Notes: generated by a model not told the origin, from the letters alone. A stretch of 64,000 nt of DNA from Basidiobolus meristosporus CBS 931.73 (GCA_002104905.1 MCFE01000273.1:1-64000); one strand, 5' to 3'; positions 22,623-36,300 are shown, counted from the first letter of the stretch. Program-made: numbers and translations.

Positions 22623-25600
22623 TTCTCCCCTACTAGGGTTGAGAGGGTTCTCCTGAATCTCTTTTCTTGTAATACCAATATCTGATGGTTCAGTATTATC
22701 AGCAAGTCTTGCAAGCTTGAGTCTGTCCCTATCCTCTAAGTCTTCCCGGATATTGCCCTGTGTTTCCACCAGTTGGTAAGTTGCATATGGGCATTCTGTG
22801 ATGATCTTGAATGGTCCTGTCCATTTTGGCTCAAACATCTTCCATGTGTTGTTTCTTTGCAATACAAAGTTCCCAACTGTCAATGCCTCTGATGATATAG
22901 TCTTATCAAATCTCTGCTTCATCTTTTCTGCACTTTGAGATACATTGGTCTGTGCCTCTTGACGTCTTTGTTCCAGTTGCTGGTGTCTACTTGGCTGACT
23001 GGCTTCATCTTCTAAGGTGTCTGTAAGCTTTGGTTGTGTGAGATCTCCTGGAATCCTTGGTTCACATCCATAAATAAGTAAAATGGTGATTGCTGGGTGG
23101 TGTTGTGTACTCTGACTCTGCATGCAAAGAGTGCTTGGTCTATATACTCATCCCATCTACTGACCACTTCATTTGCATACTTGGTCAGCATTTTTCCAAA
23201 TAATCCAGCAAACCGCTCAGTGACTCCATCAGATCTGGGGTCATATGGCGAGGTTTTCAAGTGTTTAATCTGCTGCATTTCCAGGTAAGCCTCTAATGTC
23301 TTTGCCATAAAGTTTGCTCCTCTATCAGATAAGATCTCCACAGGGCATCCAAACTTCATCGGGATCTCATGGTAAATGAAACTTGCAACTTCTTGTTCAC
23401 TGGCTATTGGTACAGCTTTAGCAACTGGCCATTTAGTGGCATGGTCAATTGCTACTAGGATCCATCGGTTGCATTTCCTGGTAGTTGGCAGTCTTCCGAT
23501 AAAGTCAATTCCCTATCTTTCAAGTGGTCTTACAGGCTCCTAGGGAAAGAGTTTGGCAATTATCTGTGATTGGCTTTGGTTGATTTGGCCATTTGGGCAT
23601 GTTTTCACTAGCTTCTCAATGACTTGTTTCATTCTGGGCCACCATGCTCTGGCTTTCACAAGGCTATAGGTTCCTTCAATCCCAAGATGTCCATATCCAT
23701 TGTGTAGCTTATGTATTAAATACAGGCAAGAAACATAAGGGCAATAGGCAATAGGGCTTCCATCAACAATTTGGTAGAGTGTTTTATCCTCTACTACAAA
23801 TTTGCTGGCTTCATCACGGATTATCTTCTGGATATCTTCATCCACCTCATTAGGAATGGCTTGGTCCTCCAAGTACTTTGGTAATAGGCTTGGCCAATTT
23901 GATTCATGCACCAAGTTGAGTTGTGCAACTTGATCTAATCTTGATAAGGCATCAGCAATCATGTTGTTTTTTCCAGGGCAGTAGACAATCTCCAGGTTAA
24001 ATTGCTGAATGTATTCATTCCATCTTGTCATTCTTCTAGAGAGTACCTTCTGTGTAAATATATACTTGAGGGAGGCATGATCAGTCTTCACAGTGCATTT
24101 GACTCCTTCAATGTAGCATCTCCATGTCTTCAAGCAGTGTATTATAGCAAGCATCTCCTTCTCATGGGCTGGATAGTTTGTTCTGCTGAGTTCAGTTTCT
24201 TGGACTCAAAGGCAACAGTGTAGTCCTTTCCCCTGTGTTCTTGGCTAAGCACTCCACCAATTGCATAATCTGAAGCATCCGTGCACAGATTGAACTCTTT
24301 TCTGAAGTCTGGTATTCTTAAGCTTGGTAGCTTAGCAAGTTCATTCTTGAGCGTCTGGAAGACAGTCTCACAAGCTATGTCCCACTTGTAGGTATTGTCT
24401 TTCTTGAGGATATCAGTTAAAGGGGCTGCAATACTTGCAAACAACATGAAAAATCTCCAATAATAGGAAAACATTCCAAGGAATCATCTGAGCTCTGATA
24501 TGCTATGGGGCTACTTCAGATTCTTGATTACTTCCACCCTCTTGGGGTCTAAGGTTACTCCTGTGCTAGTCACTATGTGTGCCAGATATTCAATGTGTTC
24601 CTTGAAGAATTCACACTTGGGTAGCTTGCCATAAAGCTTGTTCTTTTTTAGCTTCTTCAGGACCTTTTCAATGTGCACCAAGTGATCCTCTTCTGTCTTG
24701 CTGTATATCAGTATATTATCTAGGTAGATTATGACAAACTTGTCTAAGTACTCCTGGAAGACAGTCTGCATCAGGGTCATGAAAGTTGCAGGGTCATTGA
24801 TGAGGCCAAAACTCATGACTAAGTACTCATAATGTCCATATCTGGTTCTGAATGCTGTCTAAGGGATGTCTTCTGGCATCACCCTAATCTGGCTGTATCC
24901 TGACATGAGTTCAATCTTGCTGAAAATAGTGGCTCCATTAAGCTGGTCCAAAAGCTCATCAATCCAAGGTATGGGGTACTTATTCTTGGTGGTAACTGAG
25001 TTCAGGGCTCTGTAGTCAATGCACATCCTAAGTGCTCCATCCTTCTTTTTCACAAAAAGCAGTGGTGCTTCCCAAGGTGACTTGCTGGGTTTGATGTATC
25101 CTTGCTCCAATAGCTGATCAATTTGTCTCTTCATTTCCTCCAATTCCAATGGACTCATTCTGTAAGATGACTTGCTCACTGGAGGGCTATCTCCTGTGTC
25201 AATGGCATGATCCACATCTCTGACTGGTGGTATGCTTACAAGCTCATCTGGAAACACATCTGAATATTTCTTCAAGAGAGTCTGGACCTGCTGGGGTGCT
25301 GGGGTAGCGGAATCCTCCTGTAATACTGCCATGAGGAACATCTGGGTACCTTTTCTAAGCGCTCTACAGAACGGGTCTTGCTAAGTTCACTTGTCTCATA
25401 CATATTGGAATTGACCAAGTTGAAATCCAGCCTGGCAGGTAATAGCTCATAGGTCTTGTTGTCTTTTTGGATCTGAGTAGCATGGGTTCTCCAGTTGATT
25501 GATGGATTACAACAAAATAGCCAGGTTTTTCCAAGTACCAGGTCAAACTTGCAGTTCCCAAATATATAAGCCTGTAGGTCTTCTTCATAGTCATTGATCT

Positions 25601-25994
25601 TCATTCTTACTGGCTGAGTAATACGGTTGATTATGTGAGAGTTCCCATCAGCTGTTGAGACTGAAGTTGATTTGTTAGGTTCCAAGTTGATTCCAGCTTT
25701 CAGAGCAAATTGCTCTGACAGGTACTCATGCAATGCTCCTGAGTCAATCATGATCTTGGCAGGTACTCCATTGATTACTCCATTCAAGTATAATAGCTTT
25801 CCTGAGTTTGAGGTCATCTGGGATAGGTATTCTTCTGTCATGTGGAAGGTGAGTTCTGAGTCTTCTTCAAGTTCATCCTCCATGTTATTATGCTCCATGG
25901 CCTCAATACGGTTAAAGGTTATTGATGGCTGGTGTCCATTTCTTCCTGAGGGCAGTACTTTGCAATATGTCCATGCTGGTGGCAATTGAGGCAA
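22623..25994 (-). pseudogene. pol: C1 pol (PR, RT, RNase H, integrase) in several broken frames
   Basis: [64 protein letters not shown]. Confidence 0.93.
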
Positions 25995-26761
25995 AGTCCT
26001 CTCTTCTTACATTCTTCTGAGGTAGGATTCTTCTGCATAGCATCTATTTCCATTGGTACTGCTTCTGAATATCTTCTTTCATAATGGTTGTAGCCTTTCT
26101 GATTAGTCACTGTAGGCTTCCCAACTCCAAACATAGCTGAGTCATAGTCAATGGCAATCTTGATGGCCTCTTCTACACTCTGAGGTCCTTGATAAATCAC
26201 TTCTTTACAAGTTCTTTCTTTCAACCCATCAATAAAGTATTCAACTTGATCCAAGGGGTCCATTCCTTCAATTTGTCCAAGTGGACATCTGCACTTGTAG
26301 ATGTATTCTTGAACCATTCCTTTCTGTCTGAGTGTCTTTAGCTTCCTTCTTGGCAGTGTCTGCTGGTGTGGAGGTTCAAAAGCATCCTGAATTTCTGACA
26401 CAAACTCATCCCAGGTAGAGATTGTAGAGCATCCCATCATAGTGGCTGACCTGATCTTGTTGTGGTACCACTGTAAAGCTGCATCTGCCAGGTAAGAAGC
26501 TGCATAATGCAACTTACTTTCTGGAGCAATTCCTTTAGCTTTAAAAGCTTCTTCAATCTGAAAGAGCCAAGTTGCCAGGTTTTCATTGGCTCTACCATGG
26601 TACCGGTTGACCTTCACACTAAAGTTGCTCTTGATAGGGCTTTGCTGGCTCTGAGCCATGATAGTCATTCCTTGTTGCTGTTGGCTGAGGATCTGGAGTA
26701 ATTGTTGCTGTTGGGCCAGGATTTGCTGCATGGCATTCTTCCATTCTTGATTGTCCAACAT
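25919..26761 (-). CDS. gag: C1 Gag (open, 280 aa)
   Basis: RYHGRANENLATWLFQIE, AASYLADAALQWY, knuckle CLNCHQHGHIAKYC; directly downstream of the 5' LTR. Confidence 0.85.
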   Translation of the reverse strand: MLDNQEWKNAMQQILAQQQQLLQILSQQQQGMTIMAQSQQSPIKSNFSVKVNRYHGRANENLATWLFQIEEAFKAKGIAPESKLHYAASYLADAALQWYHNKIRSATMMGCSTISTWDEFVSEIQDAFEPPHQQTLPRRKLKTLRQKGMVQEYIYKCRCPLGQIEGMDPLDQVEYFIDGLKERTCKEVIYQGPQSVEEAIKIAIDYDSAMFGVGKPTVTNQKGYNHYERRYSEAVPMEIDAMQKNPTSEECKKRGLCLNCHQHGHIAKYCPQEEMDTSHQ

Positions 26762-26806
26762 CTTGAGGGTGGTTTCTTCTTTCTTTAGGAGGGAGGCTTC
26801 TGGTTA

Positions 26807-26818
26807 CTGCTGCTACCT
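26807..26818 (-). other. Possible degenerate tRNA-iMet 3'-end PBS of family C (AGGTAGCAGCAG)
   Basis: One base after the 5' LTR; resembles TGGTAGC...; only one copy available and it is mutated. Confidence 0.35.
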
Positions 26819-27191
26819 ATATTACAAGTCTTGGTACAAGAGTTGTAGAGGAATAGGGAGTTTAGCTAGTATTGTATTCACTAAAACTTGAACTGATTTT
26901 TATTGAGGTTCCAGCAGCTCCTTATATACATTTTGCCAGATCAACTGCTGACTAGCTGTATTTCCTAATGTAGGTTGTGGCTGATTACTCATTTGATTGC
27001 ATTATCATCACCCAATAAGATCCTACTTGATATATCTATATCTGTCCGATACAGATCTGCTGATTCATTTGCTGACCAATGCTACTGATTTGATAGATAA
27101 TACTGATATACTGATAACCTAAACATATGCTAATTGATTAGACTAAAAACTGATCTAACTTAAACATTCAAGCAGCAGATCATAACAAGTG

Positions 27192-27370
27192 TTATCTATT
27201 AGATCAGTAGTATCAGGCAGCAGATGAATCAGCAGGTCCTTAGCATAAAGAAATAGATATATTAAGTATCATAAAAATGGGTGAAAATTATTCAAACATG
27301 TGAGTCATCAGCCACAACCTACATTAGGGAACTCAATTAGTCAGTAATTGAGCTGGCAAAATGCTTTATA
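27192..27370 (+). repeat. Remainder of the old Gypsy C LTR split by C1
   Basis: TTATCTATTAGATCAGTAGT...GAGTCATCAGCCACAACCTACATTAGG matches 31460-31640; right boundary approximate. Confidence 0.8.
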
Positions 27371-27379
27371 TAGCCCTGA

Positions 27380-27940
27380 TTCATTTGAAGGAATATTCTG
27401 ACATGATTCCAGTTGAGCTTGTAAGCCTACCACCAGTCATGCATGTGGATCATGCCATTGATGCAGAAGATAGCCCCCTTTTGAGCAAGACAACATACAG
27501 AATGAATCCATCAGAACTGAGAGAGATAAAGAGACAAATTGACCAGCTACTGGAGCAAGGATACATAGGCCTAGCAAGTCAATTTGGAGAGCACATGTGC
27601 TATTAATAAAAATAAGCATAGAAAATTTGGGATGTGCATTGACTACAAAGCCTTCAACCCAGTTAATGTGAAGAATAAGTAGCTCATAACTTGGATTGAT
27701 GAGCTTTTGAACCAATTCAGAGAAGCCAGCATATTCAGTAAGATTGACCTCATTTTAGCATAAAGCCAGGTAGTACCAAGAGAAGTTTGCAATGATCTGC
27801 TTATATAACCCAATGATATGCAGCAACACCAAAAAGGTCTTGAAGAAGCTAAGAGAGAACAACCTATATGGCAACCTAGCAAAGTATGAACTCATCAGGG
27901 AACTTGTTAACATTGCACACATAGTTCAAATCATAAGAAA
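27380..27940 (+). pseudogene. pol: Degenerate Gypsy C RT fragment
   Basis: EYSDMIPVELVSLPPVMHVDHAID...[11 protein letters not shown] and KKVLKKLRENNLYG. Confidence 0.78.
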
Positions 27941-27944
27941 CAAT

Positions 27945-28915
27945 GGTATCCTGCTTACTAACCTTTGCTTCATGCACACCTGCTGCAATTGACACACATC
28001 TATTAGCTAAACTTTACATCTTCTCAGTGCAATACTTGCAAGTGTTCCTTTACCATGTACTGCTGGTATCTCATACATCTTGCAAGCATATGATTGGTTA
28101 CTGCCACTTTTGCTTGAATACATCCTTAATATCCACACAGAACATCCTGGTAATTAGCCAATATATTTGTTTGTAAACCAAGCTGTAGCACAGCATATTG
28201 ATGGATATGCAGCACTGTTTCCTCCTTGGCTTGATTCACTTCCACAGATATGTTGCAAAAAAATAAAGCACCCTTGTCTAGCTCTCAACTACACCTCACT
28301 GCAAACCATAGCAGTAAAATAGTTAAAAATAGTTTGCTTAGTTGTTCAGTGCAGCAAGTGGGGCTACATCCAAAAAAGGCCATGCTGAAAGTGTGCCTAC
28401 CAAAGATAGAACACAGACTCCTAAGGCTTTCAGTCAAGTAGATAATTTAGCATCTCTGCAGAGCTATATATACATAATGCTCAGTAAGATGACCATGTAG
28501 CAAACCTGCTAGCACTGGTGGAGACCAGCAAGTGACCATCCATACATAAACACCCCCAGTACTAGCAAGTACATTTTTAGCTCATACCAAAGCATCAATG
28601 AGCAGTTAGATGCCAAGGCTAATAGGATAGATGCAATGGCCCAGGGAAATCAGGAATAGTCCAGATAAGGTATAAATGGATAATTTGTGTTGAGCAATCA
28701 ATATACCAGGTTGAGAATGCTGTATCTGGGATGCAAGGATGCATCTAAAGCAGCACAATGTTACAGATTAGAATTGCTCCATCATTTGATACATCAGCAG
28801 ACAAACAACATAGAGTCCTTAAAGCTCAGCATCAATGTCTAAAGATAAATCCCACAGAAAAGCCTATCACATTATGGCAGGGAAAAACTGTAGCTGCTCA
28901 TGACCCAGCAAGTGA
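27945..28915 (-). mobile_element. CACTA-like fragment: transposase 3' piece (minus) joined to ORF2 5' part (plus)
   Basis: 27945-28190 matches about 15390-15640; 28250-28441 MLQKNKAP...SVQQVGLHPKK matches the ORF2 start. Confidence 0.7.
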
Positions 28916-28919
28916 CCTT

Positions 28920-31741
28920 GGGGAGCACCAGTGCTTTTTATGAAAAAGATGGATGGAACACTTAGGATGTGCATTGACTATAGAGCCCTGAACTCAGTTA
29001 CCATCAAGAATAAGTACCCCATACCTCAGATTGATGAGCTTTTGGGCCAACTTAATGGAGCCACCATATGCAGCAAGATTGACCTCATGTCAGGATACAA
29101 CCAGATTAGGGTGAAACCAGAAGATATTTCTAAGACAGCATTCAGAACCAGATATGGACATTACAAGGACTTAGTCATGAGTTTTGGCCTTACCAATGCC
29201 CCTGCAACATTCATGACCCTGATGTAGACTGTTTTTCAGGAGTACTTAGACAAGTTTGTGATAGTCTACCTAGAGGACATATTGACATGCAGCAAGACAG
29301 AAGAGGATTGCTTGGTACACATTGAGAAGGTCTTGAAGAAGCTAAGAGAGAACAAGCTATATGGAAAGCTAGCAAAGTATGAATTCTTCAAGGAACATGT
29401 TAAATATCTGGGACACATAGTGACTACCACAGGAGTGACCTTAAACCCTAAGAAAGTTGAAGTTATCAAGAACTTGAAGCAGCCCCATAGCATATCCAAA
29501 CTCAGATCATTCCTTGAAATGGCATCCTATTATTGGAGATTTGTCAAGTCCTTTGCAAGCATTGCAGCCCCTTTTACTGATAATCTCAAGAAAGACAACA
29601 CCTTCAAGTGGGACATAGCCTGTGAGACTGCATTTCAGATGCTCAAGAGTGAACTCACTAAGCTGCCAAGCTTAAGAATACCTGACTTCAGAAAAGAGTT
29701 TATCCAGTGCACAGATGCTTCAGATGATGCAATTGGTCAAGTACTAAGCCAAGAATACAAGGGTAACGATTACCCAGTTGCCTTTGAGTCCAAGAAACTG
29801 AACTCAGCAGAACAAAACTATCCTCTGCATGAGAAGGAGATGCTTGATATAATACACTGCCTGAAGACATGGAGATGCTATACTGGAGGAGTCAAATGCA
29901 CTGTAAAGACTAATCATGCCTCACTGAAGTATTTATTTACTCAGAAGGTTCTATCCAGAAGAATGACAAGATGGAGTGAATACATTCAGCAATTTGACTT
30001 GGAGATTGTCTACTGCCCTGGGAAAAACAACACGGTTGCTGATGCCTTATCAACACTGGAGCAAGTGGCACAACTCAACTTGGTGCATGAATCAGATTGG
30101 CCTAGCTTATTACCACAATAATTGGAGGACCAAGCCATTCCTAATGAGGTGGATGAAGAGATAAAGAAGATAATCTGTGATGAAGCCAGCAAATTTGTAG
30201 TAGAGGATAAAACACTCTACCAAATTGTTGATGGAAGCCCTATTGCCTATTGTCCTTATATTGCTTCCCTGTATTTAATACATAAGCTACACAATGGATA
30301 TGGACATCTGGGGATTGAAGGAACCTATAGCCTTGTGAAAGCTAGAGCATGGTGGCCCTGACTGAAAAAAGGTATTGAGAAGCTAGTGAAAACATGCCCA
30401 AACTGCCAAATCAATCAAGGCCAGCCACAAAGAATTGCCAAACTCTTGCCTTGAAGCCTGCAAGACCATTTGAGAGATGGTGAATTGACTTTATTGGAAG
30501 ACTGCAAACCACCAGGAAATGCAACCATTGGATCCTAGTAGCAAACGACCATGCGACTAAATGGCCAGTTGCTAAAGCTGTACCAATAGCCAGTGAACAA
30601 GAAGTTGCAAGTTTCATTTACCATGAGATCCCGATGAAGTTTGGATGCCCTGTGGAGATCTTATCTGATAGAGGAGCAAACTTTATGGCAAAGACATTAG
30701 AGGCTTACCTGGAAATGCAGCAGATTAAACACTTGAAAACCTTGGCATATCATTCCAGAACCAATAGAGTCACTGAACACTTTAATGGATTATTTGGAAA
30801 AATGTTGACAAAGTATGCAAATGGAGCTATCAGTAGATGGGATGAGTATATAGATCAAGCACTTTTTGCCTGCAGAGTTAGAGTGCACAACATTACCCAA
30901 CAATCACCATTTTACTTAGTTTATGGATGTGAACCAAGGATTCCAGGAGATCTCACACAACCCAAGCTTACAGATGCCTTAGAAGATGAACTTAGTCAGC
31001 CCAGTAAACACCAACAATTGGAACAAAGACAACAAAAGGCACAGGCCAAAGTATATCAAAGTGCAGAAAAGATGAAGCAAAGATTTGATCACACTATAGC
31101 ACCAGAAGCATTGACAGTTGGGAACTTTGTATTGCTAAGAAACAACACTTGGAAGATGTTTGAGCCACAATGGACAGGACCATTCAAGATCATCAGAGAA
31201 TGTCCATTTGCAACTTACCAACTAGTGGATAAACAAGGGAATATCTGGGAAGACTTAATTCATAGAGACAGACTCAAGCTTGCAAGACTTACTGACAATA
31301 CTGAACCATCAAGATATTGGTATCACAAGAAAAGAGATTCAAGAAAACCCTCTCAACTTTAGTGGGGGAGAATGTTACAATTAACCGCTTGAATGTTTAT
31401 GTTAGATCAGTTCTTAGTTAGATCAACTAGTTTTATGTTTAGCCTATCAGCACATCAGTATTATCTATCAAATCAGTAGTATTAGTCATCAGATGAATTA
31501 GCAGATCCTCATCAGACAGAAATAGTTATATTAAGTAGGATCTAATTGGGTGATGATGATGCAATCAAATGAGTCATCAGCCACAGTCTACATTAGGAAA
31601 TACAATTAGTCAGCAAATGATCTGGCAAAATGTATATAAGGAGCTGCTGGAACCTCAATGAAAAACAGTTCAAGTTTTAGTGAATACAATACTAGCTAAA
31701 CTCCCGATTCCTCTACAACTCTTATACCAATACTTGTAACA
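28920..31741 (+). mobile_element. Gypsy C copy C2, 5'-truncated (RT, RH, IN, 3' LTR 31373-31741)
   Basis: ORF pieces 28931-29227, 29258-30121, 30122-30361, 30634-31362; PPT GGGGGAGAA; LTR TGTTACAA...TTGTAACA. Confidence 0.93.
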
Positions 31742-31884
31742 CATGAATAACCATAAGATCATAGATCTGAAGAAAGTTGAAAAGTTAGAGCTGTACATTG
31801 GTCTCACAGTGACCAAGACTAGTCCAGAATTGTTAAGTAAATTTTTAGCTGCAGAATGATACTAAATAGTCCAGTATTTCAACA
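31742..31884 (-). repeat. Partial Copia A LTR (its 5' portion), directly abutting the C2 3' LTR
   Basis: Reverse complement reads TGTTGAAATACTGGACTATTTAGTATCATTCTGCAGC... Confidence 0.85.
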
Positions 31885-31989
31885 ATAAAAGCAATACTCC
31901 AGCCTACAGGTATACTTAATCTCTTGTATGTGTAATAATATATTGAATGATGTAGCAGCTGGCCTGAGATCAAGAGAAAACCAGCATAC

Positions 31990-32785
31990 ATTGGTAAAAT
32001 TGTTCTAATAGAAATAACCTGCTTCTTGTTTCCTGCTCAACCATGCATAACTAAACTGATTACCCATGCATTGTGGCTGCTAAGTTACTTAATTCCAAAG
32101 GCATAGGTGTCTCCATTTGAACATCTGTCCTCAGTGTTTTCCAACTCTACCTGCCTGTTCTTCATGTGCCTACTTGCCACATGCATAGAAGACTTAAACA
32201 TAATATTTTTTGATGAGACTGGGATATGGTCAAACTTGTAACTTGACTTGTTGCCTTATCTCCCAACATATCTACTCCATACAAAGCTCTTAAAAGGTGA
32301 AGAAAGGCTCAATATTTCTACACACTGAGCAAGATGGAGTAGAGAATGGATGCATTAGCAGCAGAGATCTATGCATTCAGCTTTATACTTGTAGTATAGC
32401 CACTCAAATCCCATCTGTAGATGCGCCAAGCTGGCATTGGTGATCCATGTATAGACAAATATTCCTACAGTGTCAATGTATGTCTCCCAATGCTTCAAGT
32501 GTACTCTTGGTCAAAATGGCTTCAGAAGGATACCTGAATAACTGCATATCCAGCTTGTCCAGTGCTTGCATATGAAGAGTGCAATATCAATATGAAAATT
32601 GATTGGAGCCCTAGAGAAGTACTTTGGGTAGCTGATACTCTTTGAATTCTTGCCAACTTTTTATATTTCTATGCTATTGTAAGAGCTCTTTAAGGTTGAA
32701 ATTACCCATGTGTACGATGACCATTAATATAGGAGTATAGTTGAAAAGCAAATGCTTAGTTTCCAGAGAAAAGTTTTACTCCCAT
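31990..32785 (-). pseudogene. CACTA-like transposase fragment
   Basis: Reverse complement aligns with about 55790-56640; boundaries approximate. Confidence 0.75.
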
Positions 32786-33289
32786 AGATTTAGTGTGAAG
32801 AATAATTGTGATAATTTCATTTAAACACCATCACAAAGTTAAAGTCCTAGGACTGAGAGGTATTGATCCCATTAGGACACCATGCAAAGACAATTGAAAA
32901 ATAATCGGAGCCTAGATTTTGTTGAAATGTTGGACTATTTGGTATCATTCAGCAGCTAAAAATTTACTTAACAATTCTAGGCTAGTCTTAGTCACTGTAG
33001 GACTCATTTACTGCCTTAATTTTGCCACTTTCTCCAGATATATGATCTTATGATTATTCCCCTATAGTCAGAATCAAATTAGCACTATTACCCAAACATT
33101 ATGTACTAACCCTGAAACTGTTACAGAATGCTCCTGAATATTGAGAAACCCTCCCTACTTAGTGTTGCAGCTGTATTATTTCTACAAAGGTATAAATACT
33201 GAGCTTCTTTATGAATAAACAACAGTTCAACTATTATCACTATTTCTTGATAAGTTCCTTAGATCCAAATCATTTCTTAAATTGCAACA

Positions 33290-33301
33290 GGTTATGAGCC
33301 C
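33290..33301 (+). other. PBS GGTTATGAGCCC, complementary to the anticodon stem-loop of initiator tRNA-Met
   Basis: Immediately after the 5' LTR; same motif at 45007-45018, 49942-49953 (minus) and, with one change, 12090-12101. Confidence 0.85.
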
Positions 33302-33325
33302 CGATTGCCTTAATCTATTCTAAAG

Positions 33326-36300
33326 ATGACTTCTACCAGCAAACAAAGCAATACCAACATCTTCCCTGTAAAGGAGAGGTTTGATGGGAAGAACTACAGA
33401 CTTTGGAGAATCAAGATGCAGATCCACCTTGAGGAAAGAAAGCTTTGGAACATAGTAACAGGAAAGGAAGTTGAGCCCAAAGGAACAGCAGAAGATGTGG
33501 AGAAATTTCAAGAGAAGGAGAGAAAGGCCTTCAATGCAATATGCATCAATGTGCAAGACTCCTTCATTGGACAAATCCATGCCTCAAATACTGCCAAAGC
33601 AGCATGGGAATCCTTAGAGAAGATCTTTAGAGCAAAGTCAGTATCAAGCAAGCTTTATTTGAAACAAAAGTTCTTCAACATGAGGAAGAAGCCAGATGAT
33701 GACATGCTACAACTCATTACCAGAATGGAGACACTTGCAGAAGAACTTTACAGTATTAATGCTGGTGTAGATGATGAAGAAAAGATACTCTGTCTGCTTT
33801 GCAGCCTACCAGACGAGTATGAGCCACTCATACCTTCTTTTGAAAGCAGAGAAGACAACTTGACTTTAGACTATGTCAAAGGAAGACTTCTCCATGAAGA
33901 ACTCAGACGTAATGATCAAGCAGAGAAAATTGAAGATAATGCTTTATTCAGTTCAGAAAGGAATACAGAAAAGAAGGGAAAGCAACAAAACCAAAGAAAA
34001 CCTGGCTGCTGTAACTACTGTAAGAAGCCAGGACACTGGGCAAGAGAATGCAAGAAGAAACAAGCAGACAAAAAACAGAAACTAGAGCAGGCAAACCATA
34101 TAACTACTGATGAACAGTTATTTGTCACTGTACAAGAGAGTGCAAGTAACCAAAGTAATGAATGGTATATTGACTCTGGAGCATCACAGCATATTTGTGG
34201 TATAAAGGATTGGTTCAGCAACTTAAAGACTATTCCCGTAAGAAAGGTTTATCTGGGAGATAACTCTGCATTTGAAGCCACCGCTAGTGGGTCTATACAA
34301 CTAAATATGAGTGATAAATCAGGGGCAACAACAGCAAAACTGACTGACGTACTCTATGTACCTGGAATAGCTAAGAACCTACTCTCAGTCAGTAAAGCAA
34401 CTACTCAGGGACTGAAATTTGTTTTTACTAAGCTGAGCTGCTCAATATTGAGTGAAAATGGACAAAAATTAGCTTTGGGAATCAGAGATCACAATATATA
34501 CAAGTTACAATGCAAGATCATTGTACCTGAGTATGTCAACATTGCTGAAACTGATGAAACCAACTGGGAGACGTGGCATAGGAGGCTAGGACACATAGGG
34601 GAACAGAAAATGAGCCAATTGGTGAAAAATCAGCTTGTTTTGGGCCTAAAATACTCAATTCCAATCAAATTGAATGTTTGTAAGGGATGTTCATATGGCA
34701 AACAAGCTTGGCAACGTTTCAAGAGCTCAGAAGGCATTAATACCACCGAAATATTGGCTATTGTACACTCAGACATATGTGGCCCCATGAGAACACTGTC
34801 CTTTGGAGCCAAGAGATACTTTATGACGTTTATTGATGACAAGACAAGATATACATGGGTGTACTTCCTCAAAACAAAGGATGAAGCTTTAGAGACGTTT
34901 AAGCACTTCAAGAACATGGCAGAAACACAAACTGGGTGTAAATTGAAGGTACTACAAAGTGACAATGGAGGAGAATACTGCTCAAAGGAGTTTGCAAAAT
35001 ACTGTTTGTCTACTGGTAAACTTCAACAGACCACAGTTCCTCATACTCCACAGCAAAATGGAGTAGCAGAACGTGCAAATAGAACAATAGTAGAGATGGG
35101 AAGATCTATGCTACATGATAAGGGAATGGACTATAAGTTTTGGGCTGAATCTGTTGCTACCGCTGTATACATCAAGAACAGATGCCCAACAACAGCACTA
35201 CGTGATTCTACACCCTTTGAAGCATATACAGGCAAAAAACCAGATCTCCAGCACCTCAGGATCTTTGGCAGTGATGTTTTTTATCACATCCCTGACAAAA
35301 AACGCTCTAAGTTGGAACCAAAGAGTAGAAAAGGGATCTTTCTTGGGTATTGTGAAGATACTAAAGGGTATAGAGTGTATGATGGCAAAATTCAGAAGCT
35401 GATCAAGAGCAGGGACGTTGTATTTGAGGAGAATTCAGATCAGAAAGCCACAGAAATCATTGGCCAGGTGCCTGATGATGCAATCAACATTAATGAAGAA
35501 GATACGTACCAAATCCAGCCAGAGATGGAAGATACTTCTACCAGTTCCAGATCAGAACAGATTATCCCAGTTAGGAGATCTACCAGAATAAGAAATGCCC
35601 CTGGATCCTGGTGGCAGACATCCAATGATCATGAAGAAGCTTATCTTGCCTTATATGCCAAACCTCAGAATCTGGAACAGGCAATGTAAGGTCCAGATGC
35701 TACTAAGTGGCAACAAGCCATGCAGGAGGAGTACCAATCACTGATCAAGGCAAAAACGTGGGAACTGGTAGATTTACCGAATGGGAGAAAGCCAATAGGA
35801 TGTAGATGGGTCTACAAGATCAAGATAACCTCAAATGGTGCCGTTGATAAGTACAAGGCTAGATTGGTAGCTAAAGGCTATTCCCAGATCCAGGGACTAG
35901 ACTTTAAGGAAACATTTGCTCCGGTTGCCAAGTTTAACTCTATTAGGACAGTTCTAGCCCTGGCAGCTGCACACAGTCTAGATCTACACCAAATGGACGT
36001 CAAAACAGCCTTTCTAAATGGGGACTTGCAAGAAACTATATATATGGAGCAACCAGAAGGTTTTACCGATCCAAAAAGCCCCCATAAGGTGTGCAAACTT
36101 AGAAAATTGTTGTATGGGCTTAAGCAGGCACCCAGAGCATGGTATAACAAGATTGACACATATCTAGAGGAAATTGGGTTCTCTTGTAGCACTGCAGATC
36201 ACAGTATATATGTGAAACAGCTCAAAAAGGGTGTGATCATCCTAGTTCTTTATGGGGACGACCTAATTATAGCTACAAGTGATCAAGAGGCACTTAAACA

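Larger units (their letters stand above)
22255..27187 (-). mobile_element. Ty3/Gypsy family C copy C1, full length, degenerate, no chromodomain
   Basis: LTRs 22255-22622 and 26820-27187 (368 bp), 4-bp TSD AGTG (22251-22254, 27188-27191), gag-PR-RT-RH-IN. Confidence 0.95.

Noticed and set aside
22590-23123. Extra (env-like) ORF at the 3' end of C1
   Set aside because: It is the frameshifted integrase C-terminus (WTGPFKII) running into the LTR
27380-31741. One Gypsy C element interrupted by the CACTA fragment at 27945-28915
   Set aside because: The two sides contain overlapping RT regions (both include the MCIDY segment), so they are separate copies
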